Assembly: GCA_032718475.1 (NCBI GenBank)
Contig: JAUCBJ010009124.1
Span: forward strand, 17,422 to 81,421
Origin: Nemertoderma westbladi
Taxonomy: Eukaryota; Animalia; Xenacoelomorpha
Direction: 5' to 3'
Length of the DNA: 64,000 nt
In this document: piece after piece, positions 39,043 through 52,691 of the stretch
Layout: the number at the start of each line of letters is the position of its first letter
Position numbering within the stretch: the stretch's first letter is position 1
Notes under the pieces: generated by a model
Databases searched by the model: none
Told to the model about the DNA's origin: nothing
What the model saw: only the letters and a program-made list of their open reading frames with translations
Made by a program: the position numbers and the translations under genes

Positions 39043-39688
39043 CCTTATTTCTCACGTGTGTTTGTTTGTGTGTTTGTTTTTTTGGTTGTTTGTACACACA
39101 ACTTCTTGCACGTAATGTTGATGGAATTGGATGAAACTTAGATGGTTCATTATCGGACCTAGTTGTGTATGCAAGGTTTTGGGTCGCAAGGGACCTGTTG
39201 GTTGCCTAGCAACAGTGAAATGAATTCTAGAATCACCGATCATAATCGTAGAATTCACTCAATCAAAATTCTGTCGACACCCCATAAGGAGCATCTATTG
39301 AACATGCTTTATGCAAAATTTTGCTTTATTTCGATTAGAATTGTAGAAGATACATTTCCTACAAACAGTGTTTTTTAACATACAGTATATATAATATATA
39401 TACTATTGTGTACTTTTCCCAATGTTTCGCTTTGCGTTTTTCGTTATTAGGCTTCCTGCCCTGCATAGGCACGTAAATTATGACAACAATATTGATAGCA
39501 ATGGATCCGTCCATTATTGCCAGCTCTCGGCTGGCAGGCTTGTCTTCTTACGTACCTCTGCCCCTCACCTTACAGCCTTTACTTCTGACGTTAGTAGTGT
39601 AACTGTAGTAACGTAGTAGTAACGTGGTAGTAGTAACTGTAGTAACGTAACACTACGGTACATAAATGCCGGACAATAAGGGACCTAC

Positions 39689-39866
39689 CCGGTTTCACTC
39701 TTATCTGTCGAACCATCGGCATGCCAACCATGAGATTAGCCTTGTCCCCCAAGTAGCCACGTAGACCCATGGGTTTCGGTTGTTCGCGAGGGTACCAAAC
39801 ATCCGCATACAGTCCTGGTATCAGCCGGTTTCTCATCCAATAGAACCATCCCTCATATGTAAAAGC
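39689..39866 (-). CDS. PKD1-like exon 9 (start of TOP domain)
   Basis: ctttag|GCT...CCG G|gtaggt; AFTYEGWFYWMRNRLIPGLYADVWY...GMPMVRQIRVKP. Confidence 0.92.
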
Positions 39867-40140
39867 CTAAAGGTAGAATAAAAGTTAGTCCTACATTGTT
39901 TTACTTTAAAGGCATTACCCAAAGATAATATCTGCCTTGTACCTCTAAATGGTCGCTAAAAGAGTACCAGTTTCCTCTGGGAAGTAGTGTTTTGGTGATG
40001 ATCGAACTGGGCATGACAAGATTGGCCTTCACTATGGTGCAATGTCGGTAGTCTCAGAAACAAGGCCGCCCCTAATCACTGTCATTGGGTGAACCCCACC
40101 GAAAGGTTACAATAATACAAGCTGACTGTTTAAACCATAG

Positions 40141-41575
40141 CAGTAACTACTATTACGACAGTACTAGGTCGAGCGAGCTCGGACGGTGGAAATTAGATCC
40201 TTCCAGGCTTCCCGATTCTCCATAGTTGTCGCAATTTCGTTTCTCCTAAGTTCAGTATCCCTTTCAAGTTAATCTATATATGTTATGGCCGGTCGTCCAC
40301 GACTACGCTTTCCATGAGTTGGTTGCCAGAGAAGTAGATCTGGTATGACCTCGTCTTTACTTCGCCAGCAGCGCCCACTGAATCTTAATCTGCGTTCACG
40401 GAGGGTGGTTGATTCAGGTGGTATTGTACCATTAAGCTCGGCGTTTGTCATGTGTTGTCTCCAGCTGATGTTTAGGGCTGCCCTTAGTAGTCTTGTGTAG
40501 CAACCATCAATTCGTTGTTCAAGTGATTTCGTTCCTCTGTGGCTCGAAAGAACTTAGTCTCAATGTTCCTGGTGCATCTGCTAAGATATTAGAGAGCAGG
40601 GCGATGTCATCCGCAAAGTCGGTGTCTGTGACTGTAATTGCCGGATATCTACTTACTACTTCTGCGTTCTTGAGGTGTAAATCACAGATCTTCACCCTTT
40701 GTGGCCGTCCTCATCGCGTAATCCAATACAATTACAAATAGTAATGGTGCTAATGTGTCACCTTGCAATACGCCATCCAGGATTGAGAAATACTCAGTTT
40801 CACCATCTGGTGAGAGTACCTGAGTTTCTGTGTCAAAATATAACAACCCAATGCCAGTGACAGTTACTTCTGGTATTCCATAAGCTCTTAGGATTTCAAG
40901 CATTTTACCTCTATGGATGGAGTCGAATGCCTTCTTGAAGCCCATAAAAGTCATGACTGCAGTGAGATTCTTTGACTTAATTCCTTCAATCAGTCTCCGT
41001 AGTGCAAGTATCTGAGCTATTGTTGATCTACTTGGTCGAAATCCGTTTTGGCTCTTACGCAGTAGTTTCTCTATGTGAGGCCTAATGCTATATAGAATCA
41101 TTTTATTGTATATTTTGGCAGCTACCACAAGCAGACAGATCCGGCAATAGTTTGTTGGTATACCGAAGTCTCCTTTCTTTTTGGGGAGAGGCTAGGCTTA
41201 CTTTTAGTTCAAATATTTGATCCGACTTTTAGTCCAAATTGGTGATGGCTTTTTCCCCTTTCAGCATCCGGTTGCAAACATCCAATAATTGTCTGTTTAG
41301 CACTCCTGTTTTCCATACCTCTGCAGGAATTTCATCTAATCAACTCGCTTTATGATTGTACAGTACATGCTTTTATTTAATGATTCTTTGGAGTTCGGCT
41401 GGTGTGAAGTCCCCTGTTTCTATAGGTGGTGTCTTGTCTTGTAATTGCTTCAATTTTATCCTGTATGTACTTTTCCTGGCTGATGTTGTAGGCCAATTTA
41501 AGATCTTCCTTAGCTTTCTCAACCTTGTTAATGTTTTCTGGTATTTGTTGTTAGAAGAAATATCTTTCGGGTGTT
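40141..41575 (-). mobile_element. Degenerate RTE-clade LINE (RT fragment with internal deletion, plus 3' end)
   Basis: QNGFRPSRST, FKKAFDSIHR, GVLQGDTLAP, TDFADDIALL, LLWQPTHGKRSRGRP; frameshifts and stops; TAG-rich tail. Confidence 0.9.
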
Positions 41576-41604
41576 ACAAGTAATCTCAGAGTTCATACAG
41601 ATGT

Positions 41605-42432
41605 ACTACTACTAGGATCGGCATGCTGCATTGCAGCTGCATTTTTAAGAATGCTGTGCCGGCTTATCGACAAAATTGCACCGCCACAACTCCCTATCAC
41701 CCATGACATTTGCTAGATCATCCGCATCTTCAAGGCCAGTGTCCTTTAAGATGCGTCTCAAGAAAGTCATGGGCTGTCCACCATGCTTATTCACTCCATG
41801 AGGCTGCCAAAGTACAAGATTATGCACTGGTTGGTCCTCACGGCGAAAGCAATGTCCTGCAAAGCGGAGGCGATTTTGTTCTAGTGTCAAGCTTGGGGGA
41901 ACCAATGAGACACCTACAATGTTATATAGTGTCTGGTTGGAGATATGTGCATTGTACTTGACACAATGAACCCGGCGTAGCATTCTTGGGAATGTGCCAT
42001 CCAGAGATTTGGTGTCCTCAGTAGTTAGAGCCCAGCATGGACTCCCATAGAGGAGTACTGGAACTACTGCTGCTCTAAATAATCGGACCTTAAGTTTCCG
42101 ATTAATTCTCGGTGACTTCCAAATTCTGGAAAGCCCATTCAAGGCTGCCCATGCCTTTCCCTTACGTATTCGAAGGTCCTCACCTGACTTCCGGATCCAT
42201 GATCCCAGGTAACAGAAGTCATCCACATGCTCAAGCATACCATCTTTTGAGCTTATGCTCATCCGATCAGAGACTTGCTGAGGACTTTTAAAGTTAACTG
42301 TCAAAATTTTGGTCTTTCTGGAGTTAATAAAAAGACCAACACGTTCTAATAAGCTGAGGAGCCGTTGGGCTCCCTCTAGTGATTCTGAGAGTACTCCTAA
42401 GTCATCAGCAAAGTCTAGAGATGTGGTAAATC
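41605..42432 (-). mobile_element. 5'-truncated RTE-clade LINE of a second family, with TSD
   Basis: LDFADDL, DDFCYLGSWI, VLLYGSPCW, RLRFAGHCFRR, LVLWQP; (TAG)n tail; ACAGATGT duplicated at 41597-41604 and 42433-42440. Confidence 0.9.
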
Positions 42433-42487
42433 ACAGATGTGGTAAATACCCTACAGTAGTGAAGGCACTGAATGAAATATTACGTAC

Positions 42488-42732
42488 ATGTTCAAAAGTT
42501 GTCCTGTCTATTTCACGATCAATTTTATTCTTTACAAAAGTTTCTTCGATGTGACTAAATAACTGATACCCATAAATCTCTTGGTTGAAATTGCAGATAA
42601 GAAATAGAAACATACAGAAAGTTATGTAAATTATTAATTCCCATATAATATCCCATATCTTGGCTTCGACTTGTTTTTGTTTGCGAAGTTTGTTGTGGAG
42701 AGTAGGAACCTCACGTTGAAGGATATTCTCAC
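42488..42732 (-). CDS. PKD1-like exon 8 (S1)
   Basis: ttgcag|GT GAG...CAT|gtacgt; ...KQKQVEAKIWDIIWELIIYITFCMFLFLICN...RTTFEH. Confidence 0.87.
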
Positions 42733-43989
42733 CTGCAAATAATTACTAATTATTAATATTCATACGAAAAATTATATTAAGAGGACCATTACCCCCGAAT
42801 CGAATTTTTTTATTTTAAAGCCACTATTCTGAAATTCTAACTCAATTATCTGTGAGCCTTTTACTATGAAAACTGGGTATGGATAGCTACGTAAACCCTT
42901 TTTTTCAAAAAATATGGCACTTTTTGTGAAGTTCGGTTTATTTAAAAAATGTTGTTTATTTTCAGGCTTTTATATATCTCATCTAGAAGGACCAGTAATA
43001 CTACCGTATATACCAGTACCAGTACCAGAGATATTTAGGGAATCTTTTATGAAGCATAAAATTATTATTTTTGAATAATTTATTGGGGCTTTAGTATATG
43101 TTCGGACGATATTTTGAGGATCATATATTTTGAGAGACAAAGAGTAACAGTTACAAAATCGGTTCTAGAACATACAACTGGCCATGCTTTACAAAACGAA
43201 TACTCACGATTGTAGCCCGGAAGCTGCTGAACAATTTGTTATATGTTTAATGAAAATTGAGTAAAAAATAAAAAAAGTAGTAGGGAATTTAGTGATGAAA
43301 AAAGTCAAAATCGACAAACTGATAAAAAGGTTGTTTTATACAGAGAGGCATAAATATCAGCAATATATTATGTTGTTGAAAAGAGCAGATTTGAGGTCAA
43401 AAAATAATTCAATGTTGAAAACAGATATCACCTTTTATGAAAGCCCTTCTATCAAACTACAAAAAAATTTGTAAATTTTCGAAAATTTCATTTCTGTGAG
43501 TGTTATAGTTAAGCCCCCTTAAGGCTGACTGGCCCCTGTAGGCATTTAGCAATTTTGATCGAATCGTGGGAGTATGTTATTTATTTGCTGTAGGTTTTGC
43601 AGGGTACTTATCTTTACAGGACTTGCTGATAAATATAACACACCAAAAGTGTGGGCTTAGTGCAAATATATAATATTTCTGATCTAGATTTGGACTTGCT
43701 GAGAAAGTAATGTTCTTCGATAAGAGAACAGTCTCGGAAATAAGTCCTTTTTGTCAGTAATTTTAATTTACCCAAATTCAATTATGCTGTCCGACAGTTT
43801 TAGGTTTTGCCAGAATTGCACCTAAAATGCCATCGTATGCAAAATGCAATACACGAGGGCAGAACATCTGGATTTCGGTTAAATTAGGGGGAGATGGTAC
43901 CCCAGTACTTTTCAAAAATATGAAAATTTTCGAAATTTTTTTTTATTAATTCTAAATCAGAATTTAACGTAGATTTCAGAAATCGAAAT

Positions 43990-45200
43990 CCTAACATCAC
44001 ATCATAAGCTTAAGTTGTCTGTTTTTCTTTTTGTCTGTCTATTGGTCTGTTTTTCTGTTTGTCAACAAATTATGGATATAAAAATATACACCACCTAACT
44101 AAAATAATTGCTACATGGGTTTTCGTGGTCGCGGATTTCATTTCCAGGGTCAGTTTTCAAATTTGACGTAATCTAGTTTGTCTGTCCGTCTGTCGGTCTG
44201 TCTGTCAAAAACATAACGAATCACACTACGTAAGCTTTTAAGGTCGGTGATTTCATTTCTGGTGTTATCTTTCCTGTTTGGAGGAGTCTATTATGCCTTT
44301 ATATTTGTCTGTCAGTCGATCTGTCTGTACATACAGACAGACTTAAACAGACAGTCTAGGTTCATGCAATTATTAAAAATGACATCATGGGAAATGAAAT
44401 CAGCAACTAGGAAAACCCCCATATCAGAAATTATAGTAAAGTGATGTGTTTACTTATATTTTATCTGTGACACCGACAGTAAGTCAGACAGACAGACAAA
44501 CAGACAGACAGACCGAAAGACAGATAGACATACAGACAGTCCAGATGTCATCAAACATTAAAACATGTATTAGAAATGAAATCATAGACTAGGAAAACCC
44601 CCATATCTGAAATTTTATTCAGGTGACATGCCTCCTTATATTTTGACTGACAGACAGACAGACAAAAAAACAGACAAACAGACATTCTAGGTTCAGTCAA
44701 ATATTAAAATTCACATCGGAAATGGAATCAGACACTAGGAAAACCCCATATCATAAATTATAGTAAAGTGATGTGCTTACTTATTTATTGTCTGTGAGAT
44801 TGACAGTCAGACAGACAGAATGACATACAGACAGGCAGTTCAGATATCATCAAACATTAAAACATATATCAGAAATAAATTCAGCGACTACGAAAAGCCC
44901 CATATCTGAAATTTTATTCAGGTGACATGCCTCCTTATATTTTGACTGACAGACAGACAGACAAAAAAACAGACAAACAGACATTCTAGGTTCAGTCAAA
45001 TATTAAAATTCACATCGGAAATGGAATCAGACACTAGGAAAACCCCATATCATAAATTATAGTAAAGTGATGTGCTTACTTATTTATTGTCTGTGAGATT
45101 GACAGTCAGACAGACAGAATGACAGACAGACAGGCAGTTCAGATATCATCAAACATTAAAACATATATCAGAAATAAATTCAGCGACTACGAAAACCCCT
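43990..45200. repeat. ~150-bp repeats containing (GACA)n microsatellites, in two oppositely oriented blocks; probably internal to a non-autonomous DNA/Helentron-like element
   Basis: GAAAACCCC motif recurs at ~44411, 44593, 44740, 44892, 45038 and 45191; near-exact 299-bp duplication; reverse-complement units at 43990-44330. Confidence 0.7.
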
Positions 45201-46434
45201 AAATCGTAAATTTTGGTTCGTAAATTTTAGTTGGTAAATTTTCGCTGGAGTAGTTTATTATATTTTGGCTTATTTTTGAAATTTCCTGCGTTTTACATAA
45301 AATTAGCGGGAAGGTTTGAAAACTTAAAATGCGTTTTTCTCAGCATCTTATTTTTCGTGAAATTTCGAAATAAATGCACCTTTTTCTCGAGAACGGCTTG
45401 ATGGAATAGGCTGAAATTTTAGTGAATTTAGTGATATTAGTGCTGGAATTTAGTGATAAAAAATTTCGAAATCTACAAACTGAGAAGAAGATTGTTTTAT
45501 ACAATACGCATGTCGCATTCAGAGCTTCATGAATATCAGCCATAAATACTGTTGTTCTTGTTTACGAAAATATTATATGTATTTTGGACAGTCTCCCTGG
45601 GGTACCTACAAAATTACCTCCTCGAGGTATTTTTTTTTCAATTTTCTTATTTCATCAATGAAAATTTCAAAAATATTTGAAGAAATTAAAAAAAAATTTA
45701 TAAATTTTTTTTTAACAAATTTCAAATTTTTTAATTCAAGTTTCTGTTTGGTGATGAAAAAATCACTCTCCAGTGAAAACCGATGTCACCACATGAAAGC
45801 CCTTCTATCAGACTAAAAAAATAGATAAAACAAACTTTGTGAATATTTTCTAAATTTTCTAAAATTACCCACACAAACATTGCGGTCACGTTAAATAATT
45901 ATGATCAAATTTGACCATGGTTCATCGTGTTACATAATATATAAATAAACTATATTAATAAATTAAATAAATAGAAATAGAAAAAATTTAATGAAAAATA
46001 AACAAAATAAAAGAAAAATTATTATATACCATTCTCCAGACTACAGACAGTAGATAGTCCTATAGTGTCGTAATTCAGTGACAACCCCCCCTCACCCCCC
46101 CCCCCCCCCCCACAAAAAAATTATACAAAAAAAAATCTTATAATACTAATATTATTATATAACTAACTACTTGAAATTGTTGTGCCGTTTCTATTTACCA
46201 ATCATTTAGACCAAAATAATTAAGTGTGACGGGATCCAACGGAGTTGGCAGTATGGATCCCGACCGGTGTGTGTTATACGCGTCACCGCGTTCGTAGGCT
46301 GCTAGAAGCTGTGGTCTGGATATATATAATAGGCCGAAAGCCGTTGAAATAACTGAGTTTTTACTCTACAGATACCAACTGAATCATAACCCACAAGTAC
46401 AACGGTTATATATTATTAACATATTAATCACTGC

Positions 46435-46748
46435 TACTGTATTGAGTGGCCTGGCCAGTAGATGAGTTCTAATCACTTCCAATCTGTTTTCCCCTCCCAT
46501 CATTGGCCAACCTGATTAATTGTCACCTCGCCACTCCCTGTTGCCACTCTCCCTACGTGTTAACCTCTGCTAGCCCCTTTACCCCTTTGGAATGGTTTGA
46601 CCTCTCAACTTTCTCTGTGGCTGGCGATGTGTATCGCCTTTGTTGGTTATGATGTGACATTATATTATTGGTAATGTCACCTTCCCAACTATAATTAGTA
46701 AAATGCCACTAAGCCCATTTTCGGTGGGTAGTGCAGGGAATTGAATCC
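46435..46748 (-). mobile_element. Possible degenerate SINE-like fragment
   Basis: B-box-like GGATTCAATTCCC at the - strand start of a GC-richer tract; no second copy in the window. Confidence 0.25.
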
Positions 46749-46799
46749 GCTTACATTAAGCATTAGTTCTTATCGTACGTAATAATGATAGCAACTAAC

Positions 46800-46914
46800 C
46801 GAAAGAATGGAGATATTCTGTATCCTCGTCAACATCAATGTAATTATCATCACATTCTAACTCATCGGCTTTGGGTTTACATAATAAAGCCATTAGAACA
46901 GCAATACAAATAAC
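46800..46914 (-). CDS. PKD1-like exon 7
   Basis: taatag|GTT...TTC G|gttagt; VICIAVLMALLCKPKADELECDDNYIDVDEDTEYLHSF, continuing QPLK|V. Confidence 0.85.
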
Positions 46915-48452
46915 CTATTAATATAAAAATATTATGTTAACAATGAAACGAGAGAAAGCCGCCCCAATATTAGATTATTACAACAACATTTCCGTTGGGT
47001 AAGAAAGTGGAGGAGAGCCAGCCCGTCTCTTAATTTTTTACTTCATATTACGCGATCAATTTTCACTCATCTCGTCATGAACCCAACATGTATGTAACCT
47101 TTTGTTAAATTTGTTGGCTATGCGTTTGCGGTTGTTTGGGCGGAGTGTGGTAGGCCTACACTTTTCACACTTAAATATTTTGGTTGTGAAATGTTACAGG
47201 GCACAGCGATCAGAGATATTTCATATACATTTTATTATGAGAGGAAGAAGAACATACAACGTTATTTACTATATATGTAACAAAATAATTGTTTTCGGGT
47301 TTAACTTGGAAGCCTCCCCAAATAGTTGATATACAATTATATTTAAAATTATTTCCATGGTCATGGTCATTCACCCGTCTTTAGTTAGAAATTTGTTTGC
47401 ATGAAAGACAGTTTAGTTTGGTTTTTACTGATTATTATCTCTTATCTGACTGGGGTAATAATAAAGGATAGGATAAATGGAAGCAAAGTGTGACAGTAAC
47501 AATTATTTCCCTGAGAACCTAGCATGTCTTAAGTATATGATATCTCAAAGGGGGAAGTTTGGATTCACTGCATAAATGCAGTTCACCAAACTTCCCCCGA
47601 ATGCACACTGTAACTTCCCCCTTCCCACAAATATCAACTGTTGAATTAATTTGAAGCGATATAATAAGTACAAAATTGTGCGAGTTTTTAATTGTGTGGT
47701 CCAATTGTTATTTGATTTCTATTTATTTTTTAAAGTTCATTTAATATCACACTGGTTTTAGAATATTATACTATACAACCTTATGTTTTATTAATTTACC
47801 CAATCGAAGCCTCATAAGGGCCGGTTATTTGTACGCATATCCCCTAATGCGCTCAGTAAGGTTCAAACAACATATTAATATGAAAATAAAGTATCTGCAA
47901 AGAAAATAACCCAATACTATATAATTTGACCTTATTAAAAAATTTGCACTTTTGCACACTTATTTGTACAAATGCACTTTAGCAGATCGTAATGGTGGTT
48001 CTTATTTAACAAACTTATGTTTATCCTCTACCGATCTACGATGGTGCATGATCAAGTGTCAGTCGCTAAAAGTGTCAAAAATCCAATTTAATAAATCTGG
48101 ATTTGCGATTTTGGACCATATTCATGGACATTTTAAGTCACTTTATAGACATAAAAAGTTAAACAAATGTTACGATTATAGTTAGAAATCACTCCAAACT
48201 ACATTTTAATCCAAAAAATAACATTCTACGATGAATAGAACTGGAAATAATAGTCTTTGAAATATCGAAAAAATGTTCACTATTTAAGTGCATTTTGCAC
48301 TAAGTGTACATAAGTATTTTCCCAAGTTTTATCCTATTTCACACACTACAATCTATCCTCTATCCAATGATAAAAGTTTCAGATCAAACGGCCCAGTAGA
48401 ACCGAAGTTATTAATGTTTAAAAATAGTCACTCGAAAATTTCAAATTCTCTT

Positions 48453-48525
48453 GGTAACATAGTCTAGTGGTTATCAATCACGTTAATGAAACCTAAGTTC
48501 GCGGGTTCGAAACCCAATATTGACC
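48453..48525 (+). pseudogene. Degenerate tRNA-like sequence
   Basis: TAGTCTAGTGGTTA (A-box) and GGTTCGAAACCC (B-box) at tRNA spacing; stems pair poorly. Confidence 0.4.
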
Positions 48526-50087
48526 TGACCATTCTTATTTTTTTTGGAAAAAAAATTATTTTTATTTTTTTCACTAAAATCGCTCTAACTTCGGTTCTGG
48601 TGGTCCAAATTCAATAAAATTGGTATATTCTTTGCCGTAATTTTTTTCTTAATCTTTTGAGAAGGGGTTATTTTTGGCCCCAAAAAAATTAAAAAAAAGG
48701 GCCAAAATAACGCGATATTTTTCGACCCTTATAATTCGTAATTTTAATTATATATGTTAAGATAAAAGATAGCGGAGTTAATTTGATACTTTTTACAGGT
48801 ACTTTTGGCGCAATACGCTAAATTATAATGGAATAGCGATTTGTTAAAAAAAAAAAATTTTCGTCCCTTTTTATAAATATAATATTTCACACGATCGCCT
48901 GCCGCTCCAGTTTTATAATACCTCCGGCGCTGTGATTAACGCTGTTAGATAGATAATTTAACGCACTATAAGTCTGTGTAAACAAATCTCCCGTAAGTTA
49001 AGTAGTTTTCGAGCTAGACGATTTCCCGCGAAGCAAGTTTGAAGCGCGAAATTATAATTTTGGCCCTCATTTTTTTAATATCATCCTTGGAGCAAAACCG
49101 ATAGCATATTTGAATTCCCCGTATGGATATTGACTGTATAGAATGTACCTTAACCAACTAAAGTTAAAAATAAAAAATCATTCGATAAAAACTACTTTAC
49201 AAATTCTGGCCCTTTTTGGCCCCTATTGCCGACATATTTTTTGTACCCCCATTCGATAGGAACGTAGCCCCAATGGTCTTCTAAGAGTTTCATAAAAGAA
49301 TTAGTGGATTCCTACCCGCGTTGTCGAATTAAACATTTCGGAAATAAGTTTTCTAAAAAAGACGGACAAAAACGTACAAATTTACAGCCCCTTTTTCCAC
49401 CCGAAATTTTAATAAATATCTTACCCCCATTCGATACGAAGGTAGTACCACTCTTCCCCTTTCCAACCGCGTTACTTTCGTCCCCGTACGATTAATATTA
49501 GCCGAGTTATAGCGGATCCCGCAAAGTCATTTTGTCCGTTTTTTCAACTTTGACGGACATTTTAGGAAAAAAGGCATGGTAATCTTTTTTGAAAAAAAAA
49601 ACGAATTCACTAATTAATCCCTTCTATCGTATCCCGGCGTCGGCTAAGCAATAACCTAGGGTTTTTTCGAGCCACTGTAGAGCGCCTTTCAAAAAAATTT
49701 TAAAATTGTCGAAAAAATGACGGTTTTTTGTCCGCCGTGTCCGTCGAAGGGTTAGATTTAATAATGTTAGAGTTGCTAATATCTTAGAATTCCGAGCCGC
49801 TCCCCTGGTGAGAAAATAAAAAAAATTGGTCGTTTCCTTCACCGAAAAGTCCCCCAGAATCCCAAGTTAACCTATATAGTTAGCGATGGCCTGCGGCTTA
49901 AGGAGCGGCCGCGGTATTCACCTCCCTCATAGCGGCCGCGGCGGTGTTGCGTCAAATGGAGAAATATTTATCCCACCAAGCGAAAATATTTTTAACCGAT
50001 AACGTAAATTATTATTCGTCATCAGGCGGACCTTGGGTACTAATGACAGTCAGACAGGAGCGAAACGAGCAATATAGTACAGTATAT

Positions 50088-50303
50088 GGCTGAGTACAAA
50101 ACAAAACAAAGACCAAAGATCCAATTATAAAGACCTGAATAATCTTGTAACACGTTGTAACTTTCGTTTATTGTTTTGGTTCCCCCAACACGCCTCTGTA
50201 ACCTGCTCCTATACCAACCTGCTCCTGTGGCAATGGCAATGTTCGCGAATTTACCTCTTTGTTTTGTACAGAAAAGTATTGTGTCTTTGTTTTGAACTCA
50301 CCC
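50088..50303. mobile_element. MULE-like MITE (copy 2, internally shorter)
   Basis: GGCTGAGTACAAAACAAA ... TTTGTTTTGAACTCACCC; perfect 10-bp TSD TACAGTATAT (50078-50087, 50304-50313); homologous to the 18727 copy. Confidence 0.8.
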
Positions 50304-50436
50304 TACAGTATATAAAACATGCCCGCAAAACACAACATCAAAACTTAGTATGACTCCGCTGGGGTACAGGCTAATGATGGTGACCCCATTGCTAATCTAT
50401 CTTTCCTTATGTAACAATAAAGTGAACTTTATTTAC

Positions 50437-50549
50437 CTTTAGTGGTTGCAGCAAGAACACAGATGACAGGAAGCTGAGGACCATAGATATTGTCATATCG
50501 GCAACTTCATCATCAAGATTATCCTTGTCCCACGGTTTACGAGGTAAAC
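50437..50549 (-). CDS. PKD1-like exon 6 (TM5)
   Basis: ccatag|GT TTA...AAG|gtaaat; GLPRKPWDKDNLDDEVADMTISMVLSFLSSVFLLQPLK. Confidence 0.88.
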
Positions 50550-50633
50550 CTATGGAAAACAACAATAAGTCTGAGTAAACATAAGAAAGTAAAAAATAAT
50601 AACTATTTATAGTACGGTAAATAAAATATGCTT

Positions 50634-51230
50634 TATTTACCGTCTGATATTTACCGACTGTGCGCAGCGAGGGAGGTAAATAAGTCAGATCGAGGGGCGA
50701 AAAGGTAAATAACGTCGTGATTTATTTATCGTACAATAATATGTAATTTTATTTTTAAAATCATCCTTATCATTATAATTATTAAAATATTTACTGTTTA
50801 AATAAGTAATTAAACATTGCACCAGTCGCACCGCAGTTATTCTTCGACCATCTTGTGATTTGTTGATAACAATGGAAAGGTGTTGTTGAATGGATTCCAA
50901 ATTTGTAAATAACTATTAATGTCGTTAAGAAATAGATGAGATATATGGGCGTTCAAAACGTGCAGGTATTTGCATCCTATACAGCCTGCAGGGCAGGGAA
51001 TTTATTATATTTAATAAATACACAATATTCTGGAACATATTATTTATTTGAAGATTATTAATTACTTATGTTATTTCACTAGTCGTAGCTACTCATTAAA
51101 TAAATAAAATGCCCCAGTATAGTATTTATTACAGTGCAAAGTTTGCTGATTCAAGAACAATAATCCCCATTTACCTAGTTAAATAATGCAGATATTATTT
51201 ACCGCTAGCCCATTGACTGGACAGTAAATA
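50634..51230. mobile_element. Possible non-autonomous DNA element with short TIRs
   Basis: TATTTACCGTC ... GACAGTAAATA, with repeated internal TATTTACC/GGTAAATA motifs. Confidence 0.35.
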
Positions 51231-51302
51231 CTTAATATTATTAATATTAAGAAACGGTAATATTATTTATTAGTCACCTCAATGACAAAGGATTTCAGTT
51301 AC

Positions 51303-51441
51303 CTGCGAAGTTTGCAGAGTAGAATAAAAGTAGAAATAGTCCAGTTAGTACGGCTAAAACCGTTAGAATCCAACCAATATAACTGCACCAATAGGGTAAA
51401 GAGAACCCCTTACTGCGCCTCTTCTTAGGTTCAGAGTTCAT
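51303..51441 (-). CDS. PKD1-like exon 5 (TM4)
   Basis: ttacag|ATG...GCA G|gtaact; MNSEPKKRRSKGFSLPYWCSYIGWILTVLAVLTGLFLLLFYSANFA. Confidence 0.9.
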
Positions 51442-52691
51442 CTGTAATCAATTAATTACCAAATTATTAACAATCATTTAATTGGTAAATCTATAAACAA
51501 ATAATTTATTATAATTAAATTAAATGTTATTAAGTATTAATAATTTTTATTTAATTAAATAATATAATCATTATTAAAACCACTAACCCCAATTTAAAAA
51601 CAACCATATTTATTTATCTCAATTCTCTCTCATTAATATACCCACCCACAGGGACAACACCTACTATAGCTACTTAGCTATTCGTTGTTGCCCCTATCCT
51701 TCTCTGATACCATTTTAATTGTGCAATATGTTCTATAGTATGTCGCAAGAAGAACAAAATGTTAATTGAATTGAATTGAATAGATATACAAACAATTTAG
51801 AATAAACAAAGAGTCGGCCGAAGCCGGAAACGACCCGAAGGCCCCACTATTGTTCGCACATTTGTATAACTTCCACAGTATTCTAACAAAGAATTTTATT
51901 AATCACAGAATTCTCACTTAAATTTTGTCAATCAAGTAAAATAAAACTATAAATCAAACTACCGCGGCGTGAGACCCAAAGGGAGTCTGAAATATATTGG
52001 CAGGTTAAAATAGGCCGCGAGTGCATCAGTAGATTAATTCTCGCAAAATAATTCCTAACAGCAATATGGGGGACGAACAGGGATTGTATCAACAGATCCG
52101 TTTGGGATGTCGTGCTCCAGATATCAAACAGGTACATGTCTAACGGCGATTACAACATAAAACTAAGAAAGATTATAGTCTGCATGTCCTTTAGGGACAG
52201 GGTATGTTTATATAATATTAATAACTAATATTAATGGGTCCGCATATTTCTCCATATACATCATAAACCATTATTTACAAAGTTAAGCATTAAGTATAAT
52301 ATACTGTACAAGTGCAGCAGTAATTAGTCAGTCAATAATTGTGCCAAGCCAACGTAACTGACATATTCTCGGCGTCCAGCAAGGATGTTAACACAACAAG
52401 TCCTATCTGCGTCAGCAAAACAGCCGAATGAGATTCTGGAAAGGTTGTACCTAGCAGTTCCAGAAAAAACATGACATCATGGATAGTTGCCGGTTAACAA
52501 CCAATAAAAGCCGCCATTTTGCTCTGTTTACATTTTTATAAAGGGATTCAGAAAGTGAAAAATAGATTCTATTGGTTTATTACTTTCAGTGTATACCAGG
52601 ACAGGACACGGCGGGGCGTGTGGAGTAGTACGGGATAGAGCTTAGCGGCAATAAAAAAGCGAATTTTAGGACGCTAAAGCTTTTACATCTT

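Noticed and set aside
38296-39141. Six-frame ORFs over the 22-bp repeat, and a possible + strand exon at ~38352-38450 (acag|...GAA|gtaagc)
   Set aside because: The ORFs are repeat artefacts; the exon-like piece has no recognisable homology and no partner exons.
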